Source of the DNA: an uncultured Fibrobacteria bacterium
Lineage (GTDB): Bacteria > Fibrobacterota > Fibrobacteria > UBA11236
Length of the DNA: 64,000 nucleotides
Direction: 5' to 3'
Assembly: GCA_963716395.1 (NCBI GenBank)
Contig: OY970309.1
Span: 352,001-416,000 of the forward strand
Below are positions 42,191-54,313 of the stretch, piece after piece (positions within the stretch are counted from its first letter, which is position 1; each line of letters begins with the position of its first letter). The position numbers and the translations under genes are program-made. The notes below the pieces were generated by a model that did no database searches, was not told the DNA's origin, and was given only the letters and a program-made list of their open reading frames with translations.

Positions 42191-43435
42191 TCACTGTTGC
42201 ATCTTCCACCCGATTTCGCCCGCGGCCAACTTCATCAGCAACAGGGCGGTCAGGCCGGCGCGTTCGGTCAGGCTCGCAACCGACGCCCATTCGTCGTTGC
42301 CGTGCAATCCGCCCCCCACGGCTCCCAGGGTATCAATATTGGGCAGGCCGAAACCCGCTAATTTGTTGCCGTCGCACACCCCGCCGCTGGGAACCGCCTG
42401 CAAGGCCAGTCCCAATTCTTCTCCGCAACGCAAGGCTGCTTGCAGCAAAAGGCCCGACGCCCCGTCCATGGCTTTCGGCGGCGAAGTGAAATCGCCGAAT
42501 GCCTGCCAGGCAAATCCTTCGCGGCGATTCCACTCCTCGCTTTGGCGCGCGAGGAATTCACGCACCGCCCGCATTTGCCCGTCGTCGTCGACCCGCACAT
42601 TGAAACGCGCGACGCCGAGATCGGCGATGCGGTTCACGGGTCCGCCCCCGTCGATGCGGCCCACGTTCGCGGTGACCCCGGGGTGCCCGGCCGCGAAGGC
42701 GGTGAGTGCCGTGATGAATTCGGCCAACCCGTGCAGCGCATTGCGGCCCGTGACGGCGTCGCGGCCGGCATGCCCGCCGCGGCCGCGCAACACGACCGTG
42801 AAATTTCCCGAACCCTTGCGCCGCGACACCAAGGCCCCGTCGGGCAGGGCCGGTTCGAACAAAAGGCCGAGATGGTTGCGCGCGGCCGCCTCGCGCAAGA
42901 GCGGCGCGGAACCGGGCGACCCCACCTCTTCATCGGGATTGAGCAGGATTTCGAAGCCCGCCTGCGCGGCCCAGGGTGAACACAAAAAAGCCTCGAGCGC
43001 CAGCCATAACACCAAAATACCGCCCTTGGCATCGGCCGCGCCCGGGGCATAGAAACGGTCCCCTTCTTCGCGCAGTAACACCGAAGTTTCCGAATCGCCG
43101 GGGTAAACCACGTCGGTATGGATGCCGAGAAAAATCTGCAGCGGCGCCTCGCGCCCCCGGAAAAAGCGCAGGGCCGGACCCAAAGGCCGCACCGCAACCA
43201 AGCCTTTTTCATCTATGGTTTCCCAGGGGTCGAGCGGCGGGCGTTCGGCGTGGTCGACCAGCGGTGCGAACAGGTTTTCCAAATCGCCAGCAAACCGGGA
43301 CCAACCCGTGTTTTTGGGAACGGGCGAAGACGGCGTAGGCCAGCCGCACCAAGCCCGCCAACGGGGCAGGAGATTCGCAGCCCGCTCGGGAATGTCGCGC
43401 AACCAGGATTGATATTCCGACATGTCCGCCCCCAT
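42191..43435 (-). CDS. M20/M25/M40 metallohydrolase (probable succinylglutamate desuccinylase role)
   Basis: HTDVVY, PGAADAKGG, NPDEEVGS, FEPA, GGHAGRD, GGVCDGN, DTLG..GGGLH..DE; heads the ast operon. Confidence 0.85.
   Translation of the reverse strand: MGADMSEYQSWLRDIPERAANLLPRWRAWCGWPTPSSPVPKNTGWSRFAGDLENLFAPLVDHAERPPLDPWETIDEKGLVAVRPLGPALRFFRGREAPLQIFLGIHTDVVYPGDSETSVLLREEGDRFYAPGAADAKGGILVLWLALEAFLCSPWAAQAGFEILLNPDEEVGSPGSAPLLREAAARNHLGLLFEPALPDGALVSRRKGSGNFTVVLRGRGGHAGRDAVTGRNALHGLAEFITALTAFAAGHPGVTANVGRIDGGGPVNRIADLGVARFNVRVDDDGQMRAVREFLARQSEEWNRREGFAWQAFGDFTSPPKAMDGASGLLLQAALRCGEELGLALQAVPSGGVCDGNKLAGFGLPNIDTLGAVGGGLHGNDEWASVASLTERAGLTALLLMKLAAGEIGWKMQQ
42203..42240. repeat. 38-bp direct repeat, copy B (inside the hydrolase 3' end)
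   Basis: Identical to 41565-41602. Confidence 0.92.
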
Positions 43436-43645
43436 TCATTATGCTTAATTCCGAGGCGGTCGCGGGAGGGGAAAACCCCAAACGGGATAAGCCCGGCGTT
43501 GACCGGGCCTCCCTCAGCGGGTTTTCATTTTATCGAAACGGCGTCGCATGATACGCGTTCCGGCGCAGGACCCTGGCCTGCTCACGCGACTATGCTAGAG
43601 GGTGGCGGGCACTTCTGACAAGGGAATCCCGGCGGCCGGCGCGAC

Positions 43646-44431
43646 CTACATCCCCTGCCAGAATTTAAAGTTCTTTTCCTCGATTTCGCGCAGCGTAGGC
43701 ATGGGAAAAAACCGGTATTGATCCTGATACGCATACATGAATCCGTGCCGGATGCGTTTGAACGAGATTTGATCCACGGGGCAGAACAGCGAAAGGCCTT
43801 TGGTCTTTTTTTCCGGCATGACGCGCAATTCCAGAATCGCGTCCCGCAGTTTGGAGGGATGCAAAAACGGGAACGGCGCCTGGGTGAAGGGGTTGCGCTC
43901 GAAAGCGGCGAGAAACTCCTCGACGTTCAGATCGATTTGCGTGTAGAACAGTTTGGGGCAGCCTTTGGGGCTGCCGGGCTCGGTGATGTGCCGCCCGAAT
44001 TCGGGGAAGTTGAGCGGCGACATGACCAGCATGGAAAGCGGCGCGATTTCGGCGTAGGTGCGCAGAAATCCCGACTCATGCACTTTGTCGTAAGGGCCCG
44101 GCTTCAATTCCAAAATATGGGCTTCGGCGGTCGAGAGGTAAAGCGAGGTGATGGCGTTGAAATCCAAGTGCTCCATCACGCGGTAGGAACAGATGAACTT
44201 GGTACGCTTGGGAGTGCCGTCGGCATGGGGCGTCAGATGCTCCAGGCAGGCGTCGATGGCGAAGTAGGGATGGCGGAATCCGATGTCGATTTCGGCGAAG
44301 ACAAGTTTGCCGCTGTAATGACGGATGGATCCGATGAGATAATGGCGCGCGAATTCATCCGGGGACAATTGCGAAGCCACCAAGGCCTGGTTGGGATAGA
44401 GGATTTGATAGAGGCGGTTGACGAAAGACAT
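43646..44431 (-). CDS. Hypothetical protein
   Basis: 261-aa ORF with AAGGAG RBS and host-like codon usage; no motif recognised. Confidence 0.75.
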   Translation of the reverse strand: MSFVNRLYQILYPNQALVASQLSPDEFARHYLIGSIRHYSGKLVFAEIDIGFRHPYFAIDACLEHLTPHADGTPKRTKFICSYRVMEHLDFNAITSLYLSTAEAHILELKPGPYDKVHESGFLRTYAEIAPLSMLVMSPLNFPEFGRHITEPGSPKGCPKLFYTQIDLNVEEFLAAFERNPFTQAPFPFLHPSKLRDAILELRVMPEKKTKGLSLFCPVDQISFKRIRHGFMYAYQDQYRFFPMPTLREIEEKNFKFWQGM

Positions 44432-44586
44432 AAAAGCCACTCCTTGGAACCGGGTTCATCCGAGGTCAATCCCGCGGAAACCCGGCGCCCTAAAATGAAT
44501 CTACTTCTCCCGGCGGCGCCTCGTCGGGCCGGGCCCGGCCGCGGGACCGCGAAGCTGTAACCCGCCGGCAACGAGACAACTTTTTT

Positions 44587-46662
<2,076 letters not shown>

Positions 46663-46724
46663 ACGCTCCTTCCACGGAATCCGCACCCTGCGTAAGGGTC
46701 GATCGGTTTTGGTATGATAGGTAT

Positions 46725-47720
46725 TTGAACTCCGTCATACAACCGATGAAACCCCCTTCCGCCTCCCCTTGCTTCGTGTTCAACGGCGATGCCGACGGCC
46801 TCATCGCCCAGCACTTGATGGAGCTGAACGGCATGCGCCCTGCGACCCGCATCACCGGACTCAAGCGCGACATCGCCCTCCTGAATCGCCCGCCGCCGGA
46901 CGCCTCGGAATTCGCGGTGTTCGATATCAGCTTCGACGTCAACCGGGCCTTCGTGGAAGCGTGGCTGCGGGGCGGAGCCCGGATGCGCTGGTTCGATCAT
47001 CATGACCCGGGCGAACCTTACGTTCATGCGGGCCTGGAAACCCATATTCACACCGCGCCCGGAGTATGTACGGCCCTCATCGTGCATCGCACCTTGGCAT
47101 CGGCCGATGTGCGCTGGGCCGCGGCCGCGGCTTTCGGCGACAACCTGACCGATACCGCCTCGGCCCTGCTGCTCCCGCTGGCCCTGCCCGCCGAAGATCA
47201 GGCGGCTTTGCGGGAATTGGGGGAGCTGTTGAATTACAACGCCTACGGCGAAACCGAACGCGACGTGCTCTTTCCGGCGGCCGCGGTCGCCGAACGCCTC
47301 GCGCCCTTCGCCGACCCCTTGGTGTTCCATCGCGAAGGCGGACTGATTCCGGCGCTGCGCGATCAATGCCGCCAGGATGAAACCCACTTGCAAGCCTTGC
47401 ACCCCGCGGAGTCGACGCCGACCGCCCGCATTTACCATTTGCCCGCCGAAGCCTGGGCCCGGCGTTTGGGATCGACCTTCGCCAACCGCCTGGTGCACGC
47501 GCATCCCGAAGCAGCCGTGGCCGTGATTCATCCCCTGCAAGACGGTAACCTACAGGTTTCCCTGCGTACGCCGAAAACCGGGGTCAAAATGACGGCGGCC
47601 GAGTTTGCCAAAGAATTCGCCACCGGGGGCGGACGCGCCCGGGCCGCCGGTATCAACCGTTTACCGGCGGATCAAATCGCGCTTTTCCACCGCCGGTTTC
47701 TGCAAGCCTACGGCGCCTGA
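46725..47720 (+). CDS. DHH-family phosphoesterase-like protein
   Basis: FNGDADG, FDIS, WFDHH, GGGRARAAGIN. Confidence 0.75.
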   Translation: MNSVIQPMKPPSASPCFVFNGDADGLIAQHLMELNGMRPATRITGLKRDIALLNRPPPDASEFAVFDISFDVNRAFVEAWLRGGARMRWFDHHDPGEPYVHAGLETHIHTAPGVCTALIVHRTLASADVRWAAAAAFGDNLTDTASALLLPLALPAEDQAALRELGELLNYNAYGETERDVLFPAAAVAERLAPFADPLVFHREGGLIPALRDQCRQDETHLQALHPAESTPTARIYHLPAEAWARRLGSTFANRLVHAHPEAAVAVIHPLQDGNLQVSLRTPKTGVKMTAAEFAKEFATGGGRARAAGINRLPADQIALFHRRFLQAYGA

Positions 47721-47836
47721 CCGGAGTTCGGGTCAAGGGATTGCGCACCCTCGATTTTTTCGCTCGGCGCTCGGCCGGGACCTACGGCGGGCTCAGGCCG
47801 CGACCGCCGTTGGCGAACCGATCAGGAACGGAACCG

Positions 47837-48064
47837 TCAGGCCAATTGATCGAAAATGCCGCTGATTTTGTCGGAGATGGCTTCGTTGACTTCGCCCGAA
47901 TGGTAATACCCGTTGCGCATCCGCTCACGCACATGGGCCAACTTGTTGGCGCGTTCGCCGGAGTTGGCGGCGGACTTCGCGGGCGGCTTGGTTTTTTTGG
48001 CGGCCTGCCCGGCATCGGGTTGTGAACCCCCTCCGCCGACATTCCCCACCGATCCCACATTCAT
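47837..48064 (-). CDS. FlgM-like anti-sigma28 factor
   Basis: 75 aa; low-complexity N-half then ERANKLAHVRERMRNGYY..EAISDKI resembling the FlgM C-terminus; sigma28 promoter upstream. Confidence 0.6.
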   Translation of the reverse strand: MNVGSVGNVGGGGSQPDAGQAAKKTKPPAKSAANSGERANKLAHVRERMRNGYYHSGEVNEAISDKISGIFDQLA

Positions 48065-48122
48065 AGTGCTGCGCGGTCCCTCCGCCGCGATTGGGGTGCG
48101 GACGGACCATCTCCTATTCAGA

Positions 48123-48149
48123 TCATCGGCATTCGGGTCCGGGACTTGA
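48123..48149 (-). promoter_or_regulatory. sigma28 (FliA)-type promoter
   Basis: Minus strand TCAA-N15-GCCGATGA versus consensus TAAA-N15-GCCGATAA. Confidence 0.65.
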
Positions 48150-48171
48150 GCGCAATTTTTAAATTGCCCCC

Positions 48172-49506
48172 ATGTCCCGGATTGCATGCAAATTCGGAGG
48201 TTCGAGCCTCGCCGATCACTCCCAATTCCTACAAGTCCGCAAAATTCTCGACTCGGACCCGCGCCGACGCATCCTCGTGGTTTCGGCCCCGGGCAAACGC
48301 CAAACGGGCGAGAACAAGCTCACCGACCTCTTATACCTATGCCATGACGAGGCGCAGAAAAACATGCCCCTCGACGCGCCGTTCAATCTGGTGCGCGACC
48401 GCTTTCTGGAAATCGAAAAGGGATTGGGTTTGGATGCAGGCATGGGCGCGGCCTTTGCGGAGTTCCGTAACCTGATATCGGCCGGAGTGGGCCGCGACTT
48501 CATCGCTTCGCGCGGGGAATATTTTTCGGGATGGCTCATGGCCGAATTCCTGGGCGCCGAATTCGTCGACCCCAAGGACTGCGTCTTTTTCGACGCGGCC
48601 GGACGTATCGATCCCAAAACCTACGCCGTGCTCGGCCGCCGTTTCTCCGACACGGCCCGGCGCTATGTCATGCCCGGTTTCTACGGTGTCGACGCCAAGG
48701 GGCAGATCAAAACCTTTTCGCGCGGCGGGTCCGACATTTCCGGGTCCATCGCCGCCCGTGCGGCGGGCGCCGAGTTGTATGAAAACTGGACCGACGTGTC
48801 GGGCCTGCTCATGGCCGATCCGCGCGTGGTGGAAAACCCCCACCCCATCGACGTCGTCAGCTATCGCGAAATCCGCGAGTTGTCCTACATGGGCGCCAGC
48901 GTCTTCCACGACGAAGCCATCGCGCCGGTGCGCGAAGCCGGCATTCCCATCAACATCCGCAACACCAACCGTCCCGACGATCCGGGTACGCGCATCGTGT
49001 CCGAATTGCCCGCAGTGACCGTCTACGACATCGCGGGCGTGGCGGGCAAAAAAAACTTCATGATGTTCAGCGTGGAAAAATCGTTGATGAACCGCGAAGT
49101 GGGCTTTGCGCGGCGCTTTCTGGAAATCTTTGAGCGGCGCGGCATTTCCATCGAGCATATCCCGAGCGGCATCGACAGCATGAGCGTCGTGGCCTCGGCC
49201 GAAGAGGTGGGCGACGACGGCGAACTCTTGCGCGAAGACATCCAGCGCATCCTGCAACCCGACAAACTCGAAGTCGAATCCGCCATCAGCCTGCTGGCCG
49301 TGGTGGGCGAAGGCATGGCGCGCCAGGTGGGCATGGCCGCGCGCGCCTTCCAGGCTTTGGCCGAGGCGCAAGTGAACGTGCGCATCATCGATCAGGGCGC
49401 GTCGGAACTGAACATCATCATCGGCGTGCTGAACGCCGACTATGAAAAAGCCATCCGCGCCTTGTACCGGGAGATGACGCAGAAGAATTCGGCGGCGGGC
49501 GGGTAG
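48172..49506 (+). CDS. lysC: Aspartate kinase
   Basis: KFGGSSLA, VVSAPGK, SRGE, FSRGGSDISG, ENWTDVSG, two ACT domains. Confidence 0.93.
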   Translation: MSRIACKFGGSSLADHSQFLQVRKILDSDPRRRILVVSAPGKRQTGENKLTDLLYLCHDEAQKNMPLDAPFNLVRDRFLEIEKGLGLDAGMGAAFAEFRNLISAGVGRDFIASRGEYFSGWLMAEFLGAEFVDPKDCVFFDAAGRIDPKTYAVLGRRFSDTARRYVMPGFYGVDAKGQIKTFSRGGSDISGSIAARAAGAELYENWTDVSGLLMADPRVVENPHPIDVVSYREIRELSYMGASVFHDEAIAPVREAGIPINIRNTNRPDDPGTRIVSELPAVTVYDIAGVAGKKNFMMFSVEKSLMNREVGFARRFLEIFERRGISIEHIPSGIDSMSVVASAEEVGDDGELLREDIQRILQPDKLEVESAISLLAVVGEGMARQVGMAARAFQALAEAQVNVRIIDQGASELNIIIGVLNADYEKAIRALYREMTQKNSAAGG

Positions 49507-49574
49507 CAAAGCCCGTGTCCAAATGCGCGAGGATCGCTCCGCTTGATCGGGCGGGCCAAGGCGAAGCCTTCATG

Positions 49575-50786
49575 CTAAGGGGATTCAATTCCCGCCGGCA
49601 TTTCCAAAATGCCGAATTGCGGAAGCGCTTCCGGCGCCCCATCCGGCAGGCGAATTGAAATCCTTCTGCCATCCACCCGGTATTTCCAGGGGCTTTCAAC
49701 CTCGAAGCGTGAATCCGAATTTTTATTTCCCGGGCGCCGGGAGACGAGGATGACGGAGGTGTGGGAATCGAAAACGCGCAGAACGGGTTTGGCGTCGTAA
49801 TGGGGAGCCTCGAAAAACAGGCGGGTCGCCGGGCCCGGACTGCCGGTGGGTTCCCACCAAAAAAGGCCCTTTCCATGACCATTGGGAACGGCCCGGACGA
49901 TCGAATCGACCTTCCGCAGAAATTGAACCTGCCCGGTGGTATCTTGCGGATAAGGCGTCAAGGGCGCGACGGCGCTATCATAAAAAGCCGTTTCGACCAC
50001 CAAAATATCTTTGTTGTAACGATTCGCCGTGAAATTCAATTCGTCTTGCAAGGCCGTAAGCGTACCCTGCCAATACGGGTAATAGGATTGCCCGATCACG
50101 TCGAAAGGGATCTGCCGGGCGGTGGCGCTGTCGAACCAGTCCCGGGTGGTATTGGTATCGCCTCCGCGATCGAGATGCAGCAGGATCAGCGGCATGGAAT
50201 CCGTCCCGCGTCCCGAATCCACCCCCCGTATTCCGGCCTTTAACAAATCCGCAAGATTATTCCAATGCGGCAATTCGCCATCGGGCCAGAGCATACCGTT
50301 GGTGATTTCGTTCCCGGTTTGCACCATGTCGGGCAACACTCCGGCGGCGCGGCACGCTGCGATGACATTCCGGGAATACTGATACACCGAATCGACCAGC
50401 TCGGCATGGGACAATCCCGACCAGGCGGCGGGAATGGATTGGGTGCCCGCATCCGCCCAGGTGTCGGAGTAGTGAAAATCCAGTAAAAATTTGAATCCTT
50501 CGGCCTTGGCCTCCTGCGCCAAAGCGAGGGTGTATGCCAAATCGTTGGGCAAATTCGTGGGCGTGTAGAAAAGACGCAAGCGAATCCAGTTATACCCGTG
50601 TTGCCGGAAAATTTGCAGCCCCGGTTTCACGACCCCGCTGTCGCGGAACTGTACGCCGCCATCCTCCTGTTGTTTCAGATAAGACAAATCGGCGCCGATG
50701 CAGTATTCCAGGGCGAACGCCGAGCCGGAAAATCCGAAATACGCAACGATGGCAACGATGATGCCTTTGAGGTTAAAAGGACGCAC
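49575..50786 (-). CDS. GH53 arabinogalactan endo-beta-1,4-galactanase, secreted
   Basis: GADLS, NWIRLRLF, LLDFHYSDTWAD, MVQTGNEI, FDVIGQSYYPYW, VVET, GLFWWEP. Confidence 0.9.
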   Translation of the reverse strand: MRPFNLKGIIVAIVAYFGFSGSAFALEYCIGADLSYLKQQEDGGVQFRDSGVVKPGLQIFRQHGYNWIRLRLFYTPTNLPNDLAYTLALAQEAKAEGFKFLLDFHYSDTWADAGTQSIPAAWSGLSHAELVDSVYQYSRNVIAACRAAGVLPDMVQTGNEITNGMLWPDGELPHWNNLADLLKAGIRGVDSGRGTDSMPLILLHLDRGGDTNTTRDWFDSATARQIPFDVIGQSYYPYWQGTLTALQDELNFTANRYNKDILVVETAFYDSAVAPLTPYPQDTTGQVQFLRKVDSIVRAVPNGHGKGLFWWEPTGSPGPATRLFFEAPHYDAKPVLRVFDSHTSVILVSRRPGNKNSDSRFEVESPWKYRVDGRRISIRLPDGAPEALPQFGILEMPAGIESP

Positions 50787-50981
50787 GGCATGTACCCCAT
50801 CCGTTAACCTAGGGACAAGCCGGAAGTTGGGCCGGATAAAATTCCTTGATCTTCATCGTCAATCGGCCGGAACGAATGCGGTTGTTCCCAGGCGGACACG
50901 GGTTCAGAAAAGACCGCCCATTTCAACATCGCGCACATTTCGCCAACAAATTGATGCGGAAGAGTCTACCCTTTACCCTTT

Positions 50982-52077
50982 GATGGGGTGGTTTATTAAT
51001 TCCGTTGCGCATTCTCTATTTGCAGTCCTGGGCCTGGGCCTTGCCTTGGCCGGGGCGCAACTCGTGTCACAAAACCTGCCCGAACCCAGCCCGAGCAATA
51101 CCCTGCTCCCGTGCGAGGCAGAGCAGGGTTTTCAGCTTCTGTTCGACGGAACCTTGGCGAGTTTTCAAAGTCATTACGCGAATTACCAACAGGGGAATGA
51201 TACCAACACCAACATCGATGCCAAGTATCAGTATTGCGCGGCCGACAGTTCGATCTGCACCAACCATACCTCCTCCGCCAATCTTCGCTCGCGCATCAAA
51301 TACGCGGACTTTGATTTGCGCCTGGATTATCGGGATGACAGCGATGCCGGCATTTCCTATCGGGGTTTGACCCGCACCGCGCTCTGGTTTCAAACGGCGA
51401 TTGAATATTCCGTGGATGACCGTACCAACACGAATACGTTCCCCGCGAAAGACATGGCGGGCGGGATTTACGGAATCTTCGCCCCGAATCCGTTGACCTA
51501 CCACACTTACAGCACCGGGCTGTGGAATTCGGTGCGCATCATCGCCAAGGGCGACAGCGTCCAGCAATGGATGAACGACACTTTGGTGTTGGCTTACCGG
51601 TTGTGGGGACCGCGTTGGGATTCGGCGTTTGCCGCCGCCGGCAAGACCGCGGCCAACACTCCGGATTTGGCCCAAAGGATTTCCGGTTGCCAATGCGCCA
51701 TCGATACCGGCTTTATCGGATTTCAAGGCGATCACATCACGTCTTGGCATATCCGCAATTTGCGCATCAACACCAATCCTTCCACCTTGAATTTCGGTCC
51801 CGCGAATTGTTCGACGACGGAAGTTCAAGCCGGCACGACCCACCCCAAATTTTCGCTGGAATCTTTACCCGGCGCCCTGCTGGTACGGTTGAACACACCG
51901 GGGGCGTTGCAGGCCGAGGTGTTGGGTTTGAACGGAAAAACTGCGGCTCAAGTCGGAGTCGAAGCAGGGGGAGAGGTTGTTCGCATCCAGGCCTGGAAAA
52001 ATCCCGGCCTGTATATCCTCTGCGTCCGGGGCGCCAGTAACCGATTGCTGCTGACCGCGAAAATTTTTCTGCCCTGA
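50982..52077 (+). CDS. Secreted DUF1080 (3-keto-disaccharide hydrolase-like) protein with T9SS-type C-terminal domain
   Basis: GFQLLFDG, YADFDLRLDY, WNSVRIIAKG..QWMN, GFIGFQGDH..RNLRI; C-terminal GLNGK..PGLYIL; start approximate. Confidence 0.75.
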
Positions 52078-52114
52078 TTCGTCGGCCTTGTCCCGGTGCC
52101 ATCGGTGCGCGAGG

Positions 52115-53446
52115 TCACTCGCCGGTGTCGACCGGCACTTCGCTTGTCACCTTGCCCCCGAAATGGTTGCTGAGCGACTTGAACAGGCGCGAGAACAGCT
52201 TTTCGACGGCAAGATTTTGCTTCGCGAAATCGCCCTCGACCCGGAACTTGAAAGTGGGGGCGCCCGTGGTATCGCGGTACAAGGTGCCGCGCACCAGCGC
52301 ACTCAGACCGCGGAAATAATGCTCCTGCAAATGCCCGACCAGATCGAGCCGCAACGCGCCGTGCCATAGCAATCCGTCGGACCCGGTCTCCGGCGCGTCA
52401 AGAATCACATGCCCGTTACCCTCCACCGACAGCGGATCGCCGCGAGCCGCCAGGTCCGTGAAAAAGAATTTCCGGCCGCGCAGCCGCCAATGCCCGATGC
52501 GCAGCGAGTCGAAACGCACGTCGCGCAGCGCGGGCATATAATTCCGGATCAGGGCGTCGCTTTGGAAAGGCAGATCGGCCAGGCGCACACCGCGGCCTGT
52601 CAACGAACCGGAGGCGTCGACGGCGTCGGGGTCGGCCAGGTCGGCCTGGAACGAAGCATCGCCCTGCACCTGGCCTTGCACAATTTGATCCGCAGGCAAA
52701 TGCGGTTTGGCCCAGCGTTCCAGATCGAGGCCGTGAAATTCAACCCGACCCAAGACGCGGCCCTCCGCGCCGTAGAGCATGCGACCGCTCAAGGTGAGTG
52801 GATCGGCGTCGACCTGCAGGTCGGCGAGCTCGAAGCGATGGGGATTCCCCCGGAATCGAAAGGAGGCCGCGCGCGCCCAGACGCGGCCCGAATCACCCAC
52901 GCCTTCGGCCTGCACTATTACTGCGGCTTCGGGCCGGAACTGCGCGCGAAGATCGGCGCGGTTCGCGGTCACGACCTGCCCGGGAACCAATTCCGAGATT
53001 TTCACAGCGCGGCCGTGAAAGTCGAAGCCGGTCATGCGCGCGGCCAGAAGCGAGGCGGGGAGTTCCGCTTGCAGAGACCGCGTCCATGCGTCGAGGCGCT
53101 TCCAATGCACGATGATATCGTCGCCGTCGGCGTGCTGAATCGACAGGCGTCCTCGCAGCAATTCTTTCCACGACACGTCGAGATCGAGGCGGCCGATGGT
53201 GCAGGCCGGGGCCGCGCCCACGCGCATACCGCGGAAGTGGAAGAAACCGCGCGGCGTCAGGGTCACCTGTTCGGCCGAGATGCCGATCTGCTTCCAGGCG
53301 CGCAATTGCCTGCGGACAACGGGCAGGCGGGATATATCGGGCGGGAAGAGCCAGCACGCGGCAGCCACCGCCGCTAGAGCCACCAGCAGCCAACGCCAGC
53401 GCGGGAAAATTCGCTTGCGCTTTCTTTTCCGGACGGCTTTGGCCAT
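52115..53446 (-). CDS. Membrane-anchored beta-rich protein (AsmA/TamB-like, tentative)
   Basis: Basic N-terminus, one TM segment, then amphipathic beta-strand pattern throughout. Confidence 0.5.
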   Translation of the reverse strand: MAKAVRKRKRKRIFPRWRWLLVALAAVAAACWLFPPDISRLPVVRRQLRAWKQIGISAEQVTLTPRGFFHFRGMRVGAAPACTIGRLDLDVSWKELLRGRLSIQHADGDDIIVHWKRLDAWTRSLQAELPASLLAARMTGFDFHGRAVKISELVPGQVVTANRADLRAQFRPEAAVIVQAEGVGDSGRVWARAASFRFRGNPHRFELADLQVDADPLTLSGRMLYGAEGRVLGRVEFHGLDLERWAKPHLPADQIVQGQVQGDASFQADLADPDAVDASGSLTGRGVRLADLPFQSDALIRNYMPALRDVRFDSLRIGHWRLRGRKFFFTDLAARGDPLSVEGNGHVILDAPETGSDGLLWHGALRLDLVGHLQEHYFRGLSALVRGTLYRDTTGAPTFKFRVEGDFAKQNLAVEKLFSRLFKSLSNHFGGKVTSEVPVDTGE

Positions 53447-53464
53447 GGTGCGACGAAGCGGCGC

Positions 53465-54313
53465 TCAGCCTTCCTTCGGATCCAAGGCGTCGTTCAAGGT
53501 GTCGTTGAACAGGTTGAAGGCCAGCACCAGCAGGAACAGGGCCGCGGTGGCGGCGGCGAATTGCCACCACACGCCGCGGCCCACGAGTTCGAGGCGCGCG
53601 TCGTCGATCATCACGCCCCAACTGGGAAAGTTCTGCACGCCCACACCGAGGTACGAAAGGATGACTTCGGTTTTGATGGCGAACACGAATACCAGCGAAG
53701 CCTGCACCAACACCAGGTGCAGCACGTTGGGCAGAATGTGGAAGAACAGAATGCGGCCGTCGGTGGCGCCCAGCGAGCGCGCCGCGCGCACGTAATCGAG
53801 TTCTTTTTGCCGGATCACTTCGCCGCGCACCACGCGGCAGGTGCTCACCCAGGAGGTGACGCCGAGAGCGATGCACACCGTGGCCAGACCCTTGCCCGTG
53901 GGCAAGACCAGCGCCAGGGCCAGCAGCAACAGAATGGTGGGCACGGCGTCGAGCGTGGAATAGAGCCACACCACCAGGGCGTCGGCCGCGCCGCGGAAAT
54001 AACCCGAGACCAATCCCAGCAAGGTGCCGAAGGGAATGGCGATGCCGGTGGACACGAAACCCACGATCAGCGCCACGCGCGTGCCCTGGATGGTGCGCGC
54101 CCACACCGAGCGGCCCAGCACGTCGAGGCCGAAGGGGTGCGCGAACGAAGGGGGCGCATAGGCCGCGCCGACGGGCTGGGCGTAATACGACGCCAAAATT
54201 CCGCTCAACGCCAGCAAGCCCACCACGAGATAGGCGGCGATCACGGCCACCGCCAACAGGGCCAGCTTGTCGCGGCCGAAATGCCGGCGCACGCGTTCCC
54301 ACAAATCGCGCAT
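53465..54313 (-). CDS. Peptide/nickel ABC transporter permease (DppC/OppC-like)
   Basis: HPFGLDVLGRSV, YVRAARSLGA..RILFFHILPN, LSYLGVG, SWGVMI. Confidence 0.92.
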   Translation of the reverse strand: MRDLWERVRRHFGRDKLALLAVAVIAAYLVVGLLALSGILASYYAQPVGAAYAPPSFAHPFGLDVLGRSVWARTIQGTRVALIVGFVSTGIAIPFGTLLGLVSGYFRGAADALVVWLYSTLDAVPTILLLLALALVLPTGKGLATVCIALGVTSWVSTCRVVRGEVIRQKELDYVRAARSLGATDGRILFFHILPNVLHLVLVQASLVFVFAIKTEVILSYLGVGVQNFPSWGVMIDDARLELVGRGVWWQFAAATAALFLLVLAFNLFNDTLNDALDPKEG

